From the NCBI GenBank assembly GCA_041486325.1, contig JBGPLD010000001.1:1-30563 (forward strand): DNA of 30,563 nucleotides, given 5' to 3'. The translations under genes and the position numbers were made by a program. Position 1 is the stretch's first letter. Each line of letters opens with the position of its first letter. Below the pieces are notes generated by a model. That model made no database searches. It worked only from the letters and a program-made list of their open reading frames with translations, and was not told where the DNA came from. The DNA is from Gammaproteobacteria bacterium. Its GTDB lineage: Bacteria > Pseudomonadota > Gammaproteobacteria > Burkholderiales > SG8-39. Positions 18,199 through 26,693 of this stretch are shown here, piece after piece.

Positions 18199-18639
18199 GT
18201 GAGAAGCTTGGCGGCCGCGTTGATCGGCGCAACCCTGTTCGCGTCGGGCGGCGCCTGCGCACAGACGCCGGTGACGACACTTTCGGCCGGCATCCACCTG
18301 ATTCGCGCCGAAGTGGCATTCACGTCCGAGTCCCGGGCCCAAGGACTCATGTTCCGCCGGTCGCTTGGCCCCAGCGAGGGCATGCTGTTCGTGTTTCCGC
18401 AATCCGAAGTCCACTGCATGTGGATGAGGAATACCCTTATCCCGCTCTCGGTTGCTTTCATCGACGAGAAGGGGAAAATCGTCAGCATTTCAGACATGCA
18501 GCCCCGGACGGAGACTTCTCATTGCGCTGCGGACCGGGCCAAGTACGCACTGGAAATGGAGCGCGGCTGGTTCGCGAAAAAGGGCATCGCGGCCGGCGCA
18601 AGCATCGCGGGCCTGGATAAGACGCCGGCGGCGCGCTAG
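18199..18639 (+). CDS. DUF192 family exported protein
   Basis: Signal peptide; AEVA.T..SRAQGLMFR, GMLFVF, MWMRNTLIPLSVAFID, YALEMERGWF; GTG start. Confidence 0.85.
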   Translation: MRSLAAALIGATLFASGGACAQTPVTTLSAGIHLIRAEVAFTSESRAQGLMFRRSLGPSEGMLFVFPQSEVHCMWMRNTLIPLSVAFIDEKGKIVSISDMQPRTETSHCAADRAKYALEMERGWFAKKGIAAGASIAGLDKTPAAR

Positions 18640-18649
18640 CGGGCGGCGG

Positions 18650-18683
18650 AAAAGCAGCGGATGGCCGCAGGGCCATCCGCTGC
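18650..18683 (-). terminator. Terminator for the PuuD-like gene (13-bp perfect stem, may act on both strands)
   Basis: GCAGCGGATGGCC-GCAG-GGCCATCCGCTGC (18654-18683); T4 on the minus strand (18653-18650). Confidence 0.7.
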
Positions 18684-18729
18684 CTGATTGCGAAGCGCGC
18701 AGAAGAGAAGGCCTCTCCCGCGCTGCCAG

Positions 18730-19218
18730 CTATCCGAAGAACAGCGCGCTATGGGCGCCGGCCGCCATGAAATACAGCATGGGAATGGACAACGCGGTGT
18801 TGGTGCGCGACGCAAGGAAAGCGACGCGGCGCGCCTTGTTCTTTTCCTCGTCGGTCGCCGATACCATGCCCAGGATCTTCTTCTGGTTGGGCCAGATCAG
18901 CCCCCAAACGTTGATAAGCATGATGGTGCCGAGCCAGGCGCCGATGCCTATCGCCAGATGCGATTTCTGCAGCAGGAAAGTCGCGAGAAAACCGGAGCCC
19001 AGCAGCGAGGCGCCGGCGAGCCAGGTTACCACCGCGGCCCAGCGGAAGTACAGCAGTGCGCGCGGCATGACGTGCTTGGAGATGCCGGCCGAGGTGCCGT
19101 CGGCTGACGCGGCCTTTGCCGCAGCGACATTCACGAAGTTGAAGTAGTACAGCAGTCCGATCCACATGACACCGGCCATCAGGTGGACCCAGCGCGAGAT
19201 CGCAGGTAACCATTCCAT
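18730..19218 (-). CDS. Membrane protein of the Urate_ox_N / PuuD N-terminal family, lacking a cytochrome c domain
   Basis: Start ATG 19218 (GGAGG RBS); RWVHLMAGVMWIGLLYYFNFV, ALLYFRWAA, GAWLGTIMLINVWGLIWPNQKK, ASRTNTALSIPM; 162 aa; no CxxCH. Confidence 0.7.
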   Translation of the reverse strand: MEWLPAISRWVHLMAGVMWIGLLYYFNFVNVAAAKAASADGTSAGISKHVMPRALLYFRWAAVVTWLAGASLLGSGFLATFLLQKSHLAIGIGAWLGTIMLINVWGLIWPNQKKILGMVSATDEEKNKARRVAFLASRTNTALSIPMLYFMAAGAHSALFFG

Positions 19219-19220
19219 GG

Positions 19221-19319
19221 TCAGCCTCCCAGGGCGTACGAGACGATATTGTGCAGAATCAGGGTGAGGATCAGGCCTGCAATGATCGTCCCCCACAGTG
19301 AATCAAGCGGATTGCTCAT
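19221..19319 (-). CDS. 32-aa single-TM micropeptide upstream of the PuuD-like gene
   Basis: GGAGA RBS, ATG 19319; MSNPLDSLWGTIIAGLILTLILHNIVSYALGG*; its last codons (GGA GGC TGA) form the RBS of the next gene. Confidence 0.7.
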   Translation of the reverse strand: MSNPLDSLWGTIIAGLILTLILHNIVSYALGG

Positions 19320-19499
19320 GGTAGGTCTCCCGTTGATCGCGGCCCGCCACCCGGCGGCCCGCGTCATTCTCTGTCCAAAGCGAGTCCGATTGCAAGCACA
19401 GACATTCAAACCTTTGCGCCGCGATGGGGCTTGCAGGCGCTCCGCCGGGTCCTATTGTCCACATGCACGAAAAGTCCAGCCTGCGGCGAAGGCAAAGGC

Positions 19500-19847
19500 T
19501 TAAACCATTCCCGACAACACCAGCCCGAGCACTAGCGCGCCTCTCGCCATCGAAGTCCATGCCGGGTGCCCCACGTTGCGGGAGCAGCGCCAGGCGAGCC
19601 GGAACCAAGCGAGATAGGTCAGGAACCTCGCAACATCCAGCGCGTCGCCCCAGCCGCCGTGGCCCGCAGAACGCGCGCCTTCCGAAAACAACACCAATGC
19701 GCTGGTCAGCCAGCCGACCGGGATGCCGGCAAGCCACCAGACCTTCCACAGCCTTTCTTTCCCGTCGGCTGTTCGCGATTGAAACTGCCTGATCGGGGCG
19801 AGAAGTTTTCCGATTCCGTGGCGATGCATTTTCAATCCAAAGCTCAT
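19500..19847 (-). CDS. Hypothetical Trp-rich membrane protein directly downstream of xseA
   Basis: 3' end of track ORF 19500..20546; ATG 19847 (alternative 19829), 8 nt after the xseA stop; RLWKVWWLAGIP..., YLAWFRLAWRCS, about 3 hydrophobic helices. Confidence 0.6.
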   Translation of the reverse strand: MSFGLKMHRHGIGKLLAPIRQFQSRTADGKERLWKVWWLAGIPVGWLTSALVLFSEGARSAGHGGWGDALDVARFLTYLAWFRLAWRCSRNVGHPAWTSMARGALVLGLVLSGMV

Positions 19848-19855
19848 GGTGACTG

Positions 19856-21211
19856 CTAGCGCGACCGTTCGACGCGAGCGGTGGCGCCGCCCTGCGCGAA
19901 AGTGATATCGACGGTTTCGCCGGCGATCAGGCTCGCCCCGCGCCGCACGATCCGGCCCGAGGCGTCCCGGACCACGCTGTAGCCGCGATCGAGGACCGCG
20001 GCGGGATCGAGATGTGAGAGGCTCTCGCCAAGGCGCGCGTAGTGGGCGGTGGCGCGTTCGATTCCCGCGCTTGCAGCTGTGCGCAGGCGCGCGAGCAATT
20101 GCGTCGACCTTTCCGACAGGTCGCCAATGTTGGGTATCCGCGCGCGGCTGCGCTGTACCAACTCGCCGAGCTTCCAGTACCGCTCCGAAAGGCCGCGAGT
20201 CGCGATTTGTGCGAGCCGAAGCCGCAGCTGGCCGAGCAGCTCGGCCTGGGCCTGCAGTCTTTCCCCCGGGTGCACAAGGCGCCGGCCGAGGTGATCGACG
20301 AGTTGCATGCGGCCTTCGAGTTCGCGTTTGACGCACAGGGCGAGACGCATCGCCAGCTCGCCGATGGCCGCGAGCAGCGCGGCGCGCTCGGGGCTGACCA
20401 GCTCGGCCGCGGCAGTCGGCGTGGGCGCGCGCCGGTCGGCGGCAAAGTCGGCGATAGTGAAATCCGTTTCGTGACCGATACCGGTCACCACCGGAATCGG
20501 GCAGGCGCGCAAGGCGCGCGCAATGCTTTCCTCGTTGAAGGCCCAAAGATCCTCAATGCTGCCGCCGCCGCGCACCATCAGCAGCACGTCGCAATCGCCG
20601 CGCCTCCCGGCAAGCTCGAGCGCGGCGGTGATTTTATCGGCCGCACCTTCGCCCTGGACCGGCACCGGGTAGACGATCACGGCAATCGAAGGATTGCGGC
20701 GGTGTAGAGTGGTGAGCACATCGCGCAGCGCCGCAGCCTGTAGGGACGTGATTACCCCGATCACGCGGGGGAATGCGGGCAGGGCGCGTTTTTTTGCGGC
20801 GTCGAACAGTCCTTCTTTATCGAGCTTTTCGCGCAACCTGAGAAAAGCCTCGAACAACGCGCCGAGGCCGGCGCGCCGCATGGTTTCGACATTGAGCTGG
20901 AGGTCGCCGCGCGGCTCGTAGAGTGTCACGAGCGCCCTCGCCTCCACATTCATGCCGTCGCGCGGTACCCAGTCCAGATATTGGTGCCGGTGGCGGAACA
21001 TGACGCAGCGCACCTGCGCCTGCGGGTCCTTCAAGACGAAATAAGCGTGCCCGGACTTGGCAAGAGTGAGATTGGAGATCTCGCCGCAGACCCAGAGCAG
21101 CGGATATCGGTGCTCGAGCAGGTCGCGAATACCCCGGGTCAGCGCCGAAACTGTAAGAATTTCAGAGGGAAGGGGCCCGGGAACCCGCGCCAGTTCTTGT
21201 TCTTGTGGCAT
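19856..21211 (-). CDS. xseA: Exodeoxyribonuclease VII large subunit
   Basis: LTVSAL, WVCGEISNL..SGHAYF.LKD, AALRDV, RGGGSIEDLWAFN, GIGHETDFTIADF.AD.RAPTPTAAAE, LDRGYS. Confidence 0.97.
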   Translation of the reverse strand: MPQEQELARVPGPLPSEILTVSALTRGIRDLLEHRYPLLWVCGEISNLTLAKSGHAYFVLKDPQAQVRCVMFRHRHQYLDWVPRDGMNVEARALVTLYEPRGDLQLNVETMRRAGLGALFEAFLRLREKLDKEGLFDAAKKRALPAFPRVIGVITSLQAAALRDVLTTLHRRNPSIAVIVYPVPVQGEGAADKITAALELAGRRGDCDVLLMVRGGGSIEDLWAFNEESIARALRACPIPVVTGIGHETDFTIADFAADRRAPTPTAAAELVSPERAALLAAIGELAMRLALCVKRELEGRMQLVDHLGRRLVHPGERLQAQAELLGQLRLRLAQIATRGLSERYWKLGELVQRSRARIPNIGDLSERSTQLLARLRTAASAGIERATAHYARLGESLSHLDPAAVLDRGYSVVRDASGRIVRRGASLIAGETVDITFAQGGATARVERSR

Positions 21212-21225
21212 GTTGCGAGTCTAAC

Positions 21226-21234
21226 CTATCCACA
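21226..21234 (+). promoter_or_regulatory. Outlying DnaA box (1 mismatch)
   Basis: CTATCCACA vs TTATCCACA, 14 bp upstream of the xseA start codon. Confidence 0.55.
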
Positions 21235-21294
21235 GTGCGATTCCGGCCGGTGGCGCACTATGAGCGGTTGAGGTGACGGCCGAAGGATTACACA

Positions 21295-21341
21295 TAAGCT
21301 GTTGAGAGAGAATAACAAAATCAGCAGATCAACTTTTGGTC
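21295..21341. promoter_or_regulatory. IHF-like and Fis-like sites next to the DnaA-box triad
   Basis: 21295-21307 minus strand TCTCAACAGCTTA (12/13 to WATCAANNNNTTR); 21327-21341 GATCAACTTTTGGTC fits the degenerate Fis pattern G-N2-YR-N5-YR-N2-C. Confidence 0.4.
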
Positions 21342-21392
21342 AGTTAGTAAAAAATCCTTTCGCGCGATTCACTTACGCTTTCTTTTTTTCAA

Positions 21393-21427
21393 GTATGCAC
21401 AACCTTATCCACAGTATTTGTGGATAA
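21393..21427. promoter_or_regulatory. DnaA-box triad (DARS-core-like architecture)
   Basis: GTATGCACA (21393-21401, 1 mismatch) -ACC- TTATCCACA (21405-21413, perfect) -GTATT- TGTGGATAA (21419-21427, perfect, inverted). Confidence 0.85.
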
Positions 21428-21527
21428 GGTTACGGACTAATTTGCGTGCTTCCTGCGCTGGATCTCAAATCCGCAAATTTTCAAGCGATTTGCAACTGAT
21501 CCGGACAATTTCTTTAAAATCTTCACC

Positions 21528-21556
21528 TTGCCGAAACCCCCGTCGCAGGCTAGAGT
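21528..21556 (+). promoter_or_regulatory. Sigma70 promoter of the exbB-exbD-lpxK-ycaR-kdsB cluster
   Basis: TTGCCG (21528-21533)-N17-TAGAGT (21551-21556), then GGAGAG RBS and TTG 21589. Confidence 0.65.
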
Positions 21557-21588
21557 GTGCGCGTTTTTTGTTCGACTGGAGAGCATCA

Positions 21589-22224
21589 TTGTTTGCCATC
21601 ATTCAGTCTGCGGGCTGGCCCATTTATTTCCTGCTTGCCGTGTCCATCACCGCCGTGGCGCTGATCATCGAGCGGTTCATTATTCTTCGCAAAGAGCGGA
21701 TCGTACCGAAAGGCCTGATCGAAAAGGTCGTAGCCGTCTACCACAAGCAGGGCATGAACGACGAGACACTGGCAAGGCTGGCACAGGATTCGCCCCTTGG
21801 CCAGGTACTGGCTGCCGGATTGCGCAATTCCGAGAGCTCGCGTGAAGTGATGAAGGACGCTATCGAGGAAGCCGGGAGCGCGGTCACACACGAACTCGAG
21901 CGTTTTCTGACGACGCTGGGCACCATTGCCATGATCAGCCCGCTGATGGGCCTTTTCGGCACCGTGGTCGGCATGATCGAGATTTTCGGCTCGCAGTCGC
22001 CCTCCGGAGCCAATCCCCTGCAGCTCGCGCACGGCATTTCGGTAGCGCTGTACAACACCGGGTTCGGCTTGGTGATCGCGATTCCAGCAACGATATTCTT
22101 CCGCTATTTTCGCGGAAAAGTCGAGGGGTTTGTGATCGAGATGGAGCAGCAGGCCGCGAAGCTGGTTGACGTCGTTCACGGTCAGCGCTTCGACTTTCAG
22201 CAACCAGCGCGAACGCAGGCATGA
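21589..22224 (+). CDS. exbB: MotA/TolQ/ExbB proton channel family protein
   Basis: Start moved to TTG 21589 (MFAIIQSAGWPI); LGTIAMISPLMGLFGTVVGMI, GISVALYNTGFGL.IAIP. Confidence 0.9.
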   Translation: MFAIIQSAGWPIYFLLAVSITAVALIIERFIILRKERIVPKGLIEKVVAVYHKQGMNDETLARLAQDSPLGQVLAAGLRNSESSREVMKDAIEEAGSAVTHELERFLTTLGTIAMISPLMGLFGTVVGMIEIFGSQSPSGANPLQLAHGISVALYNTGFGLVIAIPATIFFRYFRGKVEGFVIEMEQQAAKLVDVVHGQRFDFQQPARTQA

Positions 22225-22637
22225 AGTTCGCGCGCACTCCGAAGGAAGACCCGGAGATCAATCTGATTCCGATGATCGATGTGCTCCTGGTGATCATCAT
22301 CTTCCTGATGCTTACCACGACCTACTCCAAGTTTGCCGAATTGCAAATCAATTTGCCGAGCGCCGAAGCTGAAAAGCAGCTTGATCGCGCCAATGAAATC
22401 AGTATTGTGATCAGCGCCGGCGGCCAATACATGCTGCAGCGCAAGCCGATTCAGTTCCGCGACGTGGCGAACTTGGCCGAGGAGCTCCGCCGCGCCGGGG
22501 CCGGCATGAAGGACGCGATTGTCGTCATCAACGCCGACAATAACGCCACCCATCAGTCGGTCATCCGAGTCATGGACGCGGCGCGCAGGGCCGGCTACGG
22601 CCAGGTTGCGTTCGCGGTGGAGCAGGCAACGAAATAG
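22221..22637 (+). CDS. exbD: ExbD/TolR family protein
   Basis: EINLIPMIDVLLVIIIFLM, INLPSA, INADNNATHQSVIRVMD; ATGA overlap with exbB. Confidence 0.92.
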   Translation: MKFARTPKEDPEINLIPMIDVLLVIIIFLMLTTTYSKFAELQINLPSAEAEKQLDRANEISIVISAGGQYMLQRKPIQFRDVANLAEELRRAGAGMKDAIVVINADNNATHQSVIRVMDAARRAGYGQVAFAVEQATK

Positions 22638-22683
22638 CGCACGGCGCGGCCCGTGTAGGCGCAGCCCGGAACACCTGCCGCCC

Positions 22684-23661
22684 ATGAATTTCGCCGCGCG
22701 CCACTGGTACCGGCTGAGCCCGGTTTCCATCCTGCTGTATCCGGTCAGCCTGATATTCCGCCTCCTGGTTTCGCTACGCCGCTGGCTCTACCGTACCGGG
22801 ATTCTGCGCTCGGTGAGCCTGCCGGTCCCGGTGATAGTCGTCGGCAATCTGACTCTGGGCGGCACCGGAAAGACGCCTCTGGTCCTGTGGCTTGCAGAGA
22901 AGTTGCGCGGCCAAGGGTGGAGCCCAGGTATCGTCTGCCGCGGTTACGGCGGAACCCACGCCGGACCGCGCGCAGTAACACGGGGCGATGACGTCGGGCA
23001 AGTGGGCGACGAGGCGCTGTTGCTCTGCGAGCGCGCGGACTGTCCCGTCTGGATCGGAGCCGACCGCGCCGCGTCCGCGAGGGCAATGCTTGCCGCACAC
23101 CTCGAATGCGACTTGATCCTGTGCGATGACGGCCTGCAGCATTATCGGCTGCAGCGCAGCTTCGAAATCGCCGTGGAGGACGAGCGCGGCTTCGGCAATG
23201 GCTTGTTGCTGCCGGCCGGGCCTTTGCGCGAGCCGGCGAGCCGGCGCGTGGATGCAATCGTGATTAACGGCGGCGAGACCAGGCCCGGCGCGTTCCGGAT
23301 GAGTCTCAGGCCGGCGGGGTTTTGCCGCGTGGACGATCCGGGGAAGCAGGTGGCTCCCTCCGAGCTCTCGGGACGAAGGCTTCACGCCGTGGCCGGAATC
23401 GGCAATCCGGAACGGTTTTTTGCGGAGCTGATGCGCATGGGGCTGATATTTTCACCACATGCGTTTCCCGATCACTACCCGTTCCGGTTTGAGGATCTCG
23501 AGTTCGCCGACTGCGACTTTGTGCTGATGACCGAGAAGGATGCGGTAAAATGCCGGCAATTCGGGCGGCGCGACCTGATCGCCCTGCGGGTCGACGCCGA
23601 GCCCGATCCTGCCCTGGCCGACCTTATTCTTAGACGCATACATGGACGCGCGCCTGCTTGA
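22684..23661 (+). CDS. lpxK: Tetraacyldisaccharide 4'-kinase
   Basis: Start moved to ATG 22684; [70 protein letters not shown]. Confidence 0.95.
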   Translation: MNFAARHWYRLSPVSILLYPVSLIFRLLVSLRRWLYRTGILRSVSLPVPVIVVGNLTLGGTGKTPLVLWLAEKLRGQGWSPGIVCRGYGGTHAGPRAVTRGDDVGQVGDEALLLCERADCPVWIGADRAASARAMLAAHLECDLILCDDGLQHYRLQRSFEIAVEDERGFGNGLLLPAGPLREPASRRVDAIVINGGETRPGAFRMSLRPAGFCRVDDPGKQVAPSELSGRRLHAVAGIGNPERFFAELMRMGLIFSPHAFPDHYPFRFEDLEFADCDFVLMTEKDAVKCRQFGRRDLIALRVDAEPDPALADLILRRIHGRAPA

Positions 23662-23824
23662 TATCCTCGTGTGCCCGATCTGCAAGGGGCCGCTCGTCTA
23701 CCGCAAGACCCAGTCTGAGCTGATCTGCAAGGCCGATCGGCTGGGGTTTCCTATCCGGGACGACATCCCGGTCATGCTGGAGGATGAGGCACGCAAACTC
23801 GAGCCGGCCGAGGAAGTCGAGTAG
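23642..23824 (+). CDS. ycaR: Trm112 family protein (YcaR/UPF0434)
   Basis: [18 protein letters not shown]...[16 protein letters not shown]; conserved position between lpxK and kdsB. Confidence 0.93.
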   Translation: MDARLLDILVCPICKGPLVYRKTQSELICKADRLGFPIRDDIPVMLEDEARKLEPAEEVE

Positions 23825-23853
23825 GCCGAGCGGTCTCTCGGGAACCGTCGCGC

Positions 23854-24627
23854 GTGAGCTTCACGGTCGTCATTCCGGCACGGTTCGCCTCCACTCGTCT
23901 CCCCGGAAAGGCGCTTGCCGACCTGGGCGGCAAGCCCATGGTGGTGCGCGTGGCCGAGCGGGCGCGCGAGAGCGGGGCGCGGCAGATCTATATCGCGACC
24001 GACCACGACGAAATTGCCCGCGCCGTAGAGAATCACGGGTTTCAGGCGGCCATGACGCGGGCAAATCATCCAACGGGGACCGATCGCGTCGCGGAGGTCG
24101 TGGGACGCCTTGATCTGGCGCCCGAGGCCGTGGTGGTAAACGTCCAAGGCGACGAGCCGATGATCGAGCCGGGGCTGATCCGCGCAGTCGCCGCATTGCT
24201 CGCCGATGCTTCCGACGCGGCGATCGCGACTGCCTGCCATCCGATCCGTGACGCCGCCGAGCTGTTCAATCCCAACGTGGTCAAAGTGGTGCTCGATCAT
24301 GCCGGGCTTGCGCGCTATTTCAGCCGCGCGCCCATTCCTTGGGCGAGAGATGCGTTCGCCGGCTCCACTTCGACGCTGCCGGCGGGGCTTCCGTGCTATC
24401 GGCACATCGGCATCTATGCCTATCGCGCCGAATTTCTGCGCGCCTACCCCAGTCTCGCCCGTTCTCCTCTCGAGGAATGCGAGGCGCTCGAGCAGTTGCG
24501 CGCGCTCTGGCACGGATATGCAATCGCCGTTGCAGTGCGGCAGGACGCGCCGCTTCCAGGGGTGGACACGCCGGAGGACCTGGAGCGCGTGCGCGTGCTG
24601 TTTGACCCGGCCAGCCATAAACGGTAA
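23854..24627 (+). CDS. kdsB: 3-deoxy-manno-octulosonate cytidylyltransferase (CMP-Kdo synthetase)
   Basis: [58 protein letters not shown]; GTG start. Confidence 0.97.
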   Translation: MSFTVVIPARFASTRLPGKALADLGGKPMVVRVAERARESGARQIYIATDHDEIARAVENHGFQAAMTRANHPTGTDRVAEVVGRLDLAPEAVVVNVQGDEPMIEPGLIRAVAALLADASDAAIATACHPIRDAAELFNPNVVKVVLDHAGLARYFSRAPIPWARDAFAGSTSTLPAGLPCYRHIGIYAYRAEFLRAYPSLARSPLEECEALEQLRALWHGYAIAVAVRQDAPLPGVDTPEDLERVRVLFDPASHKR

Positions 24628-24666
24628 GGTTGGTTCCGGGGCGCCGGGGGAGGCGCTCCGCCGTAA

Positions 24667-25335
<669 letters not shown>

Positions 25336-25348
25336 TCTGCGCAATACC

Positions 25349-26608
25349 GTGAAACAGATGAACGCTTTCTACGCTCAATCAGGCGGCGTCACCGCCGTCA
25401 TCAACGCCAGCGCCGCGGGCGTGATCGAAACCGCGCGTAAGCACAAGAACCGTATCGGCAAGGTCTACGCCGGACGCGACGGCATCATAGGTGCCCTCAC
25501 GGAGGACTTGATCGACACAAGCAAAGAACAGGCGAACTCCATCGCGAGGTTGAAGACCACGCCCGGGGGTGCATTCGGCTCCTGCCGCTACAAGCTGAAG
25601 GGCATCGAGGATCACCGCGCCCAATACGAGCGCATGATCGAAGTATTCCGCGCCCACGATATCGGCTATTTCTTCTACAACGGCGGTAACGACTCCGCCG
25701 ACACTGCCTGGAAGATATCGCAAGTCGGAGTAAAACTTGGCTATCCGCTCATCTGCGTGGGGATTCCCAAGACGGTCGACAACGACCTTGCGATCACCGA
25801 CAACTGCCCAGGCTTCGGCTCGGTGGCGAAATACGTCGCGACCTCGATCCGCGAGGCGGGATTCGATGTCGCCTCGATGGCGAAGACCTCGACGAAAGTT
25901 TTTGTCATGGAGGTCATGGGTCGGCACGCCGGATGGATCACCGCCGCCTGCGGTCTCGCCGCCGACCGGGAAGGCGACGCGCCGCAAATACTTCTTTTTC
26001 CGGAAATCCAGTTCGACGAGGAGAAGTTTCTTGAGCGGGTCAAGGAAGTCGTGGAACGCGACGGGTACTGTGCGATCGGCGTGTCGGAGGGTCTGCGCAA
26101 CCAAGAAGGAAAGTTCCTGTCCGAGACCGGGCTTAAGGACGCCTTTGGCCATTCGCAGCTCGGCGGCGCGGGAGAGATTGTTGCCAGGCTCGTCCGGGAC
26201 CGACTCGGCTACAAGTACCACTGGGCGCTAGCCGATTATCTGCAGCGCGCGGCGCGGCACATCGCATCGAAAGTGGACGTGGACCAGTCCTACAAACTCG
26301 GCGTCGCCGCAGTCAAGCTTGCGATCGCGGGCAGGAACGCAGTGATGCCGGTGATCGAGCGCTTGTCGAACAAACCCTACCGCTGGCGCATAGGCGTCGC
26401 CAATCTTGCCGACGTCGCAAACAAGGAAAAGATAATGCCGCGCGACTATATCACCGCGGACGGATTCCACATCACTCCGAAGTGCCGCGTGTATCTCTCC
26501 CCGCTGATCCAAGGCGAAGCGCCGCCGCCGTTCAGGAACGGGCTGCCCGATTACGTGAAGCTGAAGAACGCGCCCGTTCCCAAGAAGCTTCCCGCATACC
26601 GGATCTGA
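25349..26608 (+). CDS. pfp: 6-phosphofructokinase, predicted PPi-dependent
   Basis: YAQSGG, NGGNDS (Asp at the donor-specificity position), PKTVDND (Lys), [15 protein letters not shown]; GTG start. Confidence 0.88.
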   Translation: MKQMNAFYAQSGGVTAVINASAAGVIETARKHKNRIGKVYAGRDGIIGALTEDLIDTSKEQANSIARLKTTPGGAFGSCRYKLKGIEDHRAQYERMIEVFRAHDIGYFFYNGGNDSADTAWKISQVGVKLGYPLICVGIPKTVDNDLAITDNCPGFGSVAKYVATSIREAGFDVASMAKTSTKVFVMEVMGRHAGWITAACGLAADREGDAPQILLFPEIQFDEEKFLERVKEVVERDGYCAIGVSEGLRNQEGKFLSETGLKDAFGHSQLGGAGEIVARLVRDRLGYKYHWALADYLQRAARHIASKVDVDQSYKLGVAAVKLAIAGRNAVMPVIERLSNKPYRWRIGVANLADVANKEKIMPRDYITADGFHITPKCRVYLSPLIQGEAPPPFRNGLPDYVKLKNAPVPKKLPAYRI

Positions 26609-26627
26609 GCTCGTTCGCAATCGCTGC

Positions 26628-26636
26628 TGCTATAAT
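26628..26636 (+). promoter_or_regulatory. Extended -10 promoter of hppA
   Basis: TGcTATAAT, a perfect extended -10, about 57 nt before ATG 26694. Confidence 0.75.
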
Positions 26637-26693
26637 TCCGCGCCTTTCATCCATTCAGGCCCGGGACAAGGGCCTCATTCAGGGGAGAGATTA

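Noticed and set aside
19848-20546. N-terminal two-thirds of the 348-aa ORF 19500..20546
   Set aside because: Arg/Pro/Ala-rich alternate-frame read of xseA; only the part after the xseA stop looks like protein.
21286-21308. Second degenerate inverted DnaA-box pair (GATTACACA-TAAGC-TGTTGAGAG) with the same 5-bp spacer
   Set aside because: 2 and 3 mismatches to consensus, and it overlaps the better IHF-like match.
21418-21588. N-terminal extension of the ExbB ORF
   Set aside because: It overlaps the DnaA boxes and the promoter; the RBS and family N-terminus point to TTG 21589.
21212-21588. Calling the xseA/exbB gap oriC
   Set aside because: Only four credible boxes, no obvious DUE or DnaA-trio repeats, and no origin-linked genes in the window. 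Not excluded without GC-skew data, but less parsimonious than a DARS-like or regulatory site.
26652-26683. CATTCAGG direct repeat flanking a GGA-loop hairpin in the hppA leader (CsrA/Rsm-like site)
   Set aside because: The loop lacks the ANGGA consensus, the repeat is only 8 bp, and csrA presence in this lineage is doubtful.
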